NCBI GenBank assembly: GCA_963675745.2
Contig: CAXXWX010000001.1
Span: forward strand, 250,797-314,796
Length of the DNA: 64,000 bases
Reading direction: 5' to 3'
DNA from: Phycisphaerae bacterium
Lineage (GTDB): Bacteria > Planctomycetota > Phycisphaerae > UBA1845 > Fen-1342
The notes under the pieces were generated by a model. The model had not been told where the DNA came from, did no database searches, and was given only the letters and a program-made list of their open reading frames with translations. Both the position numbers and the translations under genes were made by a program. Positions 57,578 to 64,000 of this stretch are shown here, piece after piece. Positions within the stretch are counted from its first letter, which is position 1. Every line of letters starts with the position of its first letter.

Positions 57578-58291
57578 GTGAAGGAATCTGTCAGGCTGGC
57601 CGCAGGCATCGGAATGGGGCTGGTGATTTACTTTGTGGGGCTGTATGTGGTGCCGGGCTTCGGGCCGCTGCGGGCTCTCACGAGCAAGACGATCATCTCC
57701 AGCGGCGAGATCACGCAGGCGGTTTATCTTGTTGTCTCCATGACCCTCATGCTGATCCTCACGCGCGGCCGCCTTGGCAGGTACGGCTTTCGATGGCCGG
57801 CGCTGAAGCCGACCCTGTTGGCCATCCTCACGGCGGCCGTGCTGCAGGTGCTGCTGTTGGTTGTCATGATGGTCTCGGTGAGCATGTTCGGTCCGCCGAT
57901 GATGACCGGTCGGCTGGTCGGGCAAATGGGCACATCCGTTCCGCGGACCATCCTCGCAGTCTGGCTGATCGCGAGCACCTGCGAGGAGCTGTTCTACCGC
58001 GGTCTGCTTTACGGTTTCATGGAGCCGCTGAAGTCGCGCGGCGTCAGCGTCGGCGGGCTGTATATCAGTCTGCCGGTGGCAGTTTGCGCACTCATGTTCG
58101 GACTGGGACATCTGTGCGTGATGTCATTCATGCCGGGAGTCGTGGTGGCCAATATTGTTCTGGCCACAACCGTGTGTGGATTCGTCGCCGGGTACATCCG
58201 CGAACGCACGGGGAGCATTCTCCCGGCGATCCTCGTACACATGACGTTTAACGCCGTGGGCAGCTCAATCCCGTGGTTGATGAGGGGATGA
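57578..58291 (+). CDS. CPBP (CAAX/Abi) family intramembrane metalloprotease
   Basis: EELFYRG, FGLGH, RERTGSI, HMTFN; multiple TM. Confidence 0.9.
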   Translation: MKESVRLAAGIGMGLVIYFVGLYVVPGFGPLRALTSKTIISSGEITQAVYLVVSMTLMLILTRGRLGRYGFRWPALKPTLLAILTAAVLQVLLLVVMMVSVSMFGPPMMTGRLVGQMGTSVPRTILAVWLIASTCEELFYRGLLYGFMEPLKSRGVSVGGLYISLPVAVCALMFGLGHLCVMSFMPGVVVANIVLATTVCGFVAGYIRERTGSILPAILVHMTFNAVGSSIPWLMRG

Positions 58292-58382
58292 GGGCGAACG
58301 TTAGGCGAACGATGCACGGAGCGAGTGAGCAGATCCACCCCAACGCTCCCGTCGAACACGCCGTGTGCGAACGCCCAGCAAT

Positions 58383-58796
58383 TCACGCGTCTGACTTGGC
58401 GATCTGCGCAACTGATTGCCTGATCAGCTCGCGCAGCGTTGGCAGGTCGATGTCCGCCAGGGTCTTGACATAAAGGCACGACTTGCCGGTCTTGTGCTTG
58501 CCGAGTTTCTTCAAGAGCGGTGCCGAGCCCGCCACTGCGCACATGAGATAAATCGACAGGTTCTGCTTGCGCGGCGAAAAGCCGGTCAAAAACCAGTCTC
58601 CCTCGCGCCCGCTGGCGTATTTGTAGTGGTAGCTGCCGAAGCCGACGATGCTGGGGCCCCACATCATCGGCTTTGCGCCGGTGATGTCCTTCATCATCTT
58701 TACCAGCGTCCGGCAGTCCGCCTGGCGTTTAGCGTCGAGGGCGCCAATAAACTCACTGACGCTCTCCCGCGTTTGCTTCGTCTTCAATTCGGCCAT
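58383..58796 (-). CDS. DUF1801 domain protein
   Basis: MWGPSIVGFGSYHYKYASGREGDW..GFSPRK..LGKHKTGKSCLY. Confidence 0.9.
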   Translation of the reverse strand: MAELKTKQTRESVSEFIGALDAKRQADCRTLVKMMKDITGAKPMMWGPSIVGFGSYHYKYASGREGDWFLTGFSPRKQNLSIYLMCAVAGSAPLLKKLGKHKTGKSCLYVKTLADIDLPTLRELIRQSVAQIAKSDA

Positions 58797-58856
58797 CGAA
58801 TTAACGCCTCCGTCGCGCGATTATCTCTAAATGGGAGCACTCTCGGCAGCGGTCGA

Positions 58857-58923
58857 GTGTGCCACTGCTCTCGAGCAGTGCGCTTGCAACATGGTCTTCG
58901 CTACTCACAAAGCCGTGGTACAC
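58857..58923. repeat. Family C REP-like inverted pair (degenerate)
   Basis: gtgtgc-cactgctctcgagcagtg ... cacaaagccgtggtacac, same layout as 28991-29058. Confidence 0.6.
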
Positions 58924-58941
58924 CTCTCTTGATCAGTCGGT

Positions 58942-59499
58942 CTATGACCACAGCCAGGCAAATGTTCCGGCGGTGACCAGACCGTATACGACGCCGTCGA
59001 AGATGAACTTGAGCGTCGTGCTCCAGGGAACGCCCTTCCAGATCGAGTTGGGGATTGCACTCGAAGCATAGGCCAAAACGGCGACGGTGCCGGTGATGCG
59101 GAACACGTGCAGGTACGCCGCTTCGGGGCTCAGCGCGAGGGCGGCGATGTAGCCCGTGAAAACGCTGATCAGAAGCGAGTACGCGAACCACTGCGCGAGA
59201 CTTTTACCCATCGTCCATGGACCGCTGGGCAGCACCGTCAGAAAGCCCACCGGGCCTTGCACGAACCTCTCATTCATCTCCGGCGAGCCCATGTCCTTCA
59301 TGCAGTCGGCAAACGGAAACATGTATTCGCCGCGTTGTACACCTTGTGAGCGCATTTCGGCCAGCACTTTTTCCTCACCGGGCAGTTTGGCGAAGTCACC
59401 CCGGTGAATGGGCACAAACATGTGCAGCACAGCGCTGACCAGAAAGACCAACACCGCCGACAGCAGGATCGGAAGCCACAAATCAACCAGGAATTCCAT
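58942..59499 (-). CDS. Conserved hypothetical membrane protein
   Basis: AGGAGG RBS; LWLPILLSAVLVF, GEYMFP, GPVG, SIWKG.PW, DGVVYGLVTAGTFAWLW. Confidence 0.85.
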   Translation of the reverse strand: MEFLVDLWLPILLSAVLVFLVSAVLHMFVPIHRGDFAKLPGEEKVLAEMRSQGVQRGEYMFPFADCMKDMGSPEMNERFVQGPVGFLTVLPSGPWTMGKSLAQWFAYSLLISVFTGYIAALALSPEAAYLHVFRITGTVAVLAYASSAIPNSIWKGVPWSTTLKFIFDGVVYGLVTAGTFAWLWS

Positions 59500-59549
59500 T
59501 AAACACCTCCTACGCCGTTGTCTGCCACCAGAGCAGATCACGTTTGCCG

Positions 59550-59631
59550 GTAGCGTCCGACCCCCGAGTCGGACGTTTTTGCGAGCCTGCGCTCTCTCCG
59601 GGCCACGGCCGACTCGGGGATCGGCCGCTAC
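59550..59631. repeat. Family B REP inverted pair
   Basis: GTAG-cgtccgac-ccccga-gtcggacg at 59550-59575 and cggccga..tcggccg-CTAC at 59606-59631. Confidence 0.7.
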
Positions 59632-59658
59632 GCTCCAAGGTAAGGTGTTCCAGGCGCC

Positions 59659-59871
59659 TAGTACTACTCGGTGTCGCGCCTTTCCCGACCTCAGGTGCTC
59701 CAATGTCGCATCGACCGCGCTCAGCGGGAACAGCTCACAATGCAGCGCGGTTGCGTGTCGCGCGCAAAAGTCCAGCATTCGGGCGCTCGTCGCGGGGCTG
59801 CCCCACGGCGAACCGGAGATCTGCTGCTGTCCGCCAGTCAACGGGAACACCACCGCTTGGACCGGCTCCAT
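59659..59871 (-). pseudogene. C-terminal remnant of a zinc-dependent NADP alcohol dehydrogenase (Ahr/YjgB-like)
   Basis: GQQQISGSPWGSPAT..MLDFCARH..ELFPLS.V..LEHLRSGKARHRVVL; no N-terminal domains present. Confidence 0.7.
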
Positions 59872-59941
59872 ATTCGGCTCGTAGATTGTATGCGCGCGAA
59901 TTACGGAAGTGCGCCGGCTTCGCTGATGACTCGACCGGGCC

Positions 59942-61220
59942 CTACTTCTTCGGCCAATCACGGGCGACCTGCTCCGCACGCCGCAGGGCTCGCAGCAGGT
60001 TGCCGCCCAGGATCTTCTGGATGTTGGCTTCGGAGTAGCCGCGGTTCAGCAGCTCCTGCGTGATGTATGGATAGCCGGAAACATCCTCGAGTTGTGCCGG
60101 CATTACGCGGGCGCCTTCGTAGTCGGCGCCGAGACCGACATGATCGATCCCCGCGACGCGCACTATGTGGTCGATATGGTCAACCAGCGTGTGAACCGTA
60201 CCGGGAGGAATGGGGTGTTCTTTCCGCCACTGATCCCATGCCACCTTGAAGTCCTCAGCTTTGGGATACTTCCGATGGATGGCACGCTCCTCCTCGAAGT
60301 AATTAGCCATCACGTGGGCGCCGTGCGGATGAATGTAGCCGGAAAAGAACACGACCATCACCACGCCGTCGTTGCGCGCGATGGCGCGGAGAACGTCATC
60401 CGGCACGTTACGCGCGTGCGGCGCAACGCCATAGGCGCCGGAGTGTGACGCGATCACGGGGGCCTTGCTGACGCGCAGGGCATCGCGCATAGTCGCGGGT
60501 GATACGTGGGCCAGGTCTACGAGTATCCCGAGGCGGTTCATTTCCACCACAACCTTCTCGCCAAACTTCGACAGCCCGCCGCTGCGCGGCTCATCGGTGG
60601 CCGAGTCGGCCCAGTCGATGGTGACCGAATGCGTCAAACCTAGGTAGCGCGCGCCGAGCTCATGAAACCGCGCCAGGGGTTCGAGTGAGTTCTCGATCAT
60701 GTGCCCGCCCTCGACGCCGATGAGGGCGGCGATCTTGCCTTCCTTGCGGATGCGGACCACATCGTCGGCGGACCGGGCCAGCTCGAAAGTGTCTGAGTAG
60801 CGCCGCACCATCTGGTGAATCAGCTCAAACTGCTCGAGAGCCTCCTGAAACGCCGTGCCTTCCTTGGCCGTCTCCGTCGGCACGAACACGACCCAGAATT
60901 GCGCGCCGACGCCGCCTTTCTTAAGTCGCGGAATATCAGTCTGCAACTCCGGGTGCGGCTGCGCGATATCCAGCTTGTCGAAGGATGAATCCGCCAATTG
61001 GCGAATCTGCCAGGGCAGGTCATTGTGACCGTCGATGACGATGGCGGCGCGGTGGATTGCGCCAGCCCTCTTCCGTCATGACGATTGGCGGGCGCGGCGC
61101 CGGACCGCGGACTGATTTCGCGGCATCATCGTCCGGTTGGGCCAATACAGCGGACACCGCGCACAGGCTGATCAGCGTTGGCACGAATACGCACTTCAAC
61201 GGGCTTTTGAGCCGGCACAT
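59942..61220 (-). CDS. Membrane dipeptidase (M19), with a one-base frameshift near 61057
   Basis: IDGHNDLP, TDIPRL, AQFW, GVEGGH, LTH, VDLAH, SHS, RNVPD, IDHI, GLGADY; signal peptide lies in the adjacent frame. Confidence 0.9.
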
Positions 61221-61427
61221 TTGCGTCTCCAGTGCGAAAACACTCAAGGCAGCAGGATCGCGCCGCTCGCGCGACACGGCGGTGTTCAGTATAGCCACTA
61301 GACGAGGTCATCCGCTTCCGGCGCGATCGGTTTTCGCGCGGCGGCGGGCGCATCTGTGGGAGCCGCGCGTTGTTCGGGATATACTCGTCACGGTACGTGG
61401 CCCTTTCGAGCTCAAGCGAGGCCCCCG

Positions 61428-62540
61428 ATGAAAACACGCAGCATTCGTCGAGTACACCTACATCCCTATTCCGCCCCACTGACGCAGCCTTTCCGCATTG
61501 CGATCGGCGAGTTGCGTGAGGCGCAGGGCGTTTTTGTCCGCCTGGAGACTGACGACGGTCTCGAAGGCCTGGGCGAAGCCGCCCCCCTGCCGGCAATCAA
61601 TGACGAGACGCAGGGAACCTGCCTGGCCATCGGCAAGGAGCTCGGGAGAGTCCTGGTTGGCCGGGACCCGGTGTCGGTTGCAACGCGCGTGGCTGAGCTC
61701 GATGCCGCCATCCCACACAATCCCTGCATCAAGGCCGCCTTTGACATGGCCCTGTGGGATCTGCTGGGCAAGATCACCCAGCTCCCGGTTTACCGGTTGC
61801 TCGGCGGCGACTCCCGCGAAATAGAGACGGACGAGACCGTCAGCATCGCCCCGCTGGAGCAGATGCGGGAAGCGGCAGAGAGCGTGAGCCGGCGCGGCTA
61901 CCGCGCGATCAAGCTCAAGGTCGGTGCGGCGTCGCTGGAAGACGACGTCGCGAAGGTCTCGGCAATCCGCGCAGCGGTCGGCGATGGCGTTCGCTTGCGC
62001 ATTGACGCCAATCAGGCCTGGGATGTGCCGACCGCGATTGCGGCGCTGCGCGTGCTGGCCGAGTTCGGCGTTGAGTTTTGTCGAACAGCCCGTCCACCGG
62101 ACAATCTCGAAGCGCTGCGCGCGGTTCGCCGCGCGTCGCCAATCCCCATCATGGCTGACGAGGCCGTCTTCAGCGCGCGCGATGCGCTGCGCGTGATTCA
62201 CCAGGACGCCGCCGATTTCATCAACATAAAACTGATGAAGTGCGGCGGCATCACGGAGGCCGTGCGAATCGGCCATCTGGCCCGATCGGCGGGGATGCGT
62301 TGCATGGTTGGCTGCATGATCGAATCGCGCGTTGCGATCTCCGCCGGCGTACACTTTGCCGCCGCCGACCCAACCGTCGCATTCACCGACCTCGACGGGC
62401 ACCAGTTCTTCCAGAATGACCCCACGACGGGCGGTTTCCAGCAGCAGGATTGGAGGATCACGCTGACCGACGAACCCGGGCTAGGCATCGACCTGCGGCC
62501 CGATTTCGCCAAGACACTCGAACGGGTATCGATCGATTGA
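61428..62540 (+). CDS. Dipeptide epimerase (L-Ala-D/L-Glu epimerase, enolase superfamily)
   Basis: GLGEA, DMALWD, KLKVG, RIDANQ, IMADE, NIKLMKCGG, GCMIES, DLDG; the EQP motif is shifted out of frame by two compensating indels. Confidence 0.9.
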   Translation: MKTRSIRRVHLHPYSAPLTQPFRIAIGELREAQGVFVRLETDDGLEGLGEAAPLPAINDETQGTCLAIGKELGRVLVGRDPVSVATRVAELDAAIPHNPCIKAAFDMALWDLLGKITQLPVYRLLGGDSREIETDETVSIAPLEQMREAAESVSRRGYRAIKLKVGAASLEDDVAKVSAIRAAVGDGVRLRIDANQAWDVPTAIAALRVLAEFGVEFCRTARPPDNLEALRAVRRASPIPIMADEAVFSARDALRVIHQDAADFINIKLMKCGGITEAVRIGHLARSAGMRCMVGCMIESRVAISAGVHFAAADPTVAFTDLDGHQFFQNDPTTGGFQQQDWRITLTDEPGLGIDLRPDFAKTLERVSID

Positions 62541-62574
62541 CGCGCCTACGGTTCTGCTGCTGACCGAGTACGGC

Positions 62575-62684
62575 GGGTGCCCCACCCCTTGGGGTGGGGG
62601 ACGGACCGGCTGGACATCGAAGGGCGACCGATCATTCCCCCACGGCAAGCCGTGGGGCACCCGCAAGCCGTGGGGCACCCGTAC
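62575..62684. repeat. REP-like inverted palindromes (gggtgccccac... / ...gtggggcaccc)
   Basis: gggtgc-cccaccccttggggtggg at 62575; ccccacggc-aa-gccgtgggg-caccc at 62637 with a duplicated right half. Confidence 0.65.
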
Positions 62685-62700
62685 CGCCGGCGCCACACCA

Positions 62701-63210
62701 CTAAAGCTCCCTCAACATGTGATGTCTTCGGGTTCGAGTATGTACAGCTCGCGGTGCACGAACGGTGTCGGATGGAAGCCCTGGCTCTTGTAGAACCCAA
62801 CGGCTGACTCGGACGGACGTCGCGGATACGTACATGCGACGCGCCCCCTGTGCCTTTGCCAACCGGATTGCCTCATCAACCAACGCCGTCGCGATCCCCC
62901 GCCGGCGGTGACCACGGCTCATCCACAAGGCGGCCAATTGCGCGACATCGCCCGCCAGCTCGTACCGCACGGCGGCAAACCCGATCAACCGGTCGCCATC
63001 GAAAGCGCCGAGCGCCGCTCCCCCGGTCTCCAGGGCCTGCCTGGCACCCTTGGCGCGCCTGCGCCAACCTTCCGGGTCAATGCGCGGACGTTCCCACCGT
63101 TCGGCGGTTGCCGTAAGGCGACCGTCAATCCACTGGTAGACCACGTTCCCGCTCTCGGACAGATCAATCTCGCCGACGCGCTCGATCTCGTCGGCGGCCA
63201 AAATCCGCAT
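62701..63210 (-). CDS. GNAT family N-acetyltransferase, with two compensating indels near the 3' end
   Basis: GAFDGDRLIGF, HRRRGIATAL, MYVSAT, then PSESAVGFYKSQGF..EPEDI in another frame. Confidence 0.85.
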   Translation of the reverse strand: MRILAADEIERVGEIDLSESGNVVYQWIDGRLTATAERWERPRIDPEGWRRRAKGARQALETGGAALGAFDGDRLIGFAAVRYELAGDVAQLAALWMSRGHRRRGIATALVDEAIRLAKAQGARRMYVSATSVRVSRWVLQEPGLPSDTVRAPRAVHTRTRRHHMLREL

Positions 63211-63398
63211 GGTCCATTCGGGTTGCGGCGGCATGAGCGCATTCCCTGTATTCGTACTGACTTGCCCGCGTCTGGGTATTTTCCAGTTGTCCGCGCTGCG
63301 GGCGCGCCTATGCTCACTGTTGTATACACCTGACCGGTTCGGGCCGAGTCAGCGCTTTGTCATGATGACACTGTACGCAACGCGCCAGGAGGCCGAAC

Positions 63399-63999
63399 AT
63401 GCGCGCAACGACCATCGCCCTATTGGCTCTCTTCGCCCTCTGTACAACATCTGTTTTCGCCGTCAACCCGTCTGTCAACGAGCGAGGCGCACTTGTCCGC
63501 GTGGTCACGCAATGGAACGCGGGTTGCGACGGCAGCAAGCGCACCAGTTGGGACAACATGGTGCGGGCCTGGTACAACGATATCAAAGACACGCGTTCCA
63601 CTCCCTGGGGCACGGTTCAAACGCCTGGTGGGGCGACGGGTTTTACCAGAACGGCTCGATCGTCGACTCTCAATTCACCGACCCCAGCATCGTGACCTGG
63701 GGCCGCGACTATCAGGCCGACCATGTCGGCGAGCCCGATGTGGCGATGATCGCGCTGCACGGCGGGAATGCCAGCGACGCCAGCCGGTGGATCGGCCTGG
63801 TGCGGGTCAACGAAGCCGGCTCGGGAAATTGCTGGCCTTCCAGGGCCACATGGAGTTCGGCGACGACGATCTCGAGTTTCTCCACCTCTCATCGTGCTTC
63901 AGCATGGACGAGGGCGACTGGTACCCGGACTGGGCCTCAACATTCAAGGGACTGCACCAGGTAAACGGGTTCGCCGGCATTATGTGGATCAGCACCGCC
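63399..63999 (+). CDS. Secreted DUF6345-like protein, frameshifted twice and running off the window
   Basis: GGAGG RBS and signal peptide; three frames join to give DVAMIALHGG ... FGDDDLEFLHLSSC ... FKGLHQVNGF. Confidence 0.6.
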
Positions 64000-64000
64000 T

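Noticed and set aside
61040..63850. Programmed frameshifting or phase variation in the 3' genes
   Set aside because: No long slippery tracts; paired compensating indels in unrelated genes fit sequencing error better.

Overview
A high-GC (about 65% by eye) chromosomal segment, most likely from a Planctomycetota (Phycisphaerae-like) genome; this placement is inferred from the PEP-CTERM protein, dockerin-like repeat, zinc-ribbon membrane protein and ECF/anti-sigma pair. The left part is mostly housekeeping: tig, two clpP, selA, uvrC plus a degenerate UvrC paralogue, an Hc1 histone-like gene, fabZ, ctpA and ruvCAB. At 21.7-30.9 kb lies an eight-gene envelope operon that I cannot match to a characterised system: two SBP-OmpA fusions, a vWA protein, a 2TM coiled-coil protein, a PspA-like protein and a NitT/TauT ABC transporter. 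Next come possible peptidoglycan-recycling genes (a transglutaminase/serine hydrolase fusion and NamZ) and ansB. An HUH Y1 transposase sits inside inverted TTCA-loop hairpin modules, beside a 74-bp x4 hairpin array and a 27-bp x4 repeat. The right part holds pckA/aspC, a PerR-led oxidative-stress cluster, an ECF/anti-sigma pair, a multidomain GH31 and dipeptide enzymes. Intergenic DNA is rich in several REP-like palindrome families and inverted heptamer/octamer arrays. ruvC and the last 3 kb carry indels that look like long-read consensus errors. I found no rRNA, tRNA or CRISPR array. All family calls come from motif recognition by eye, not database searches.
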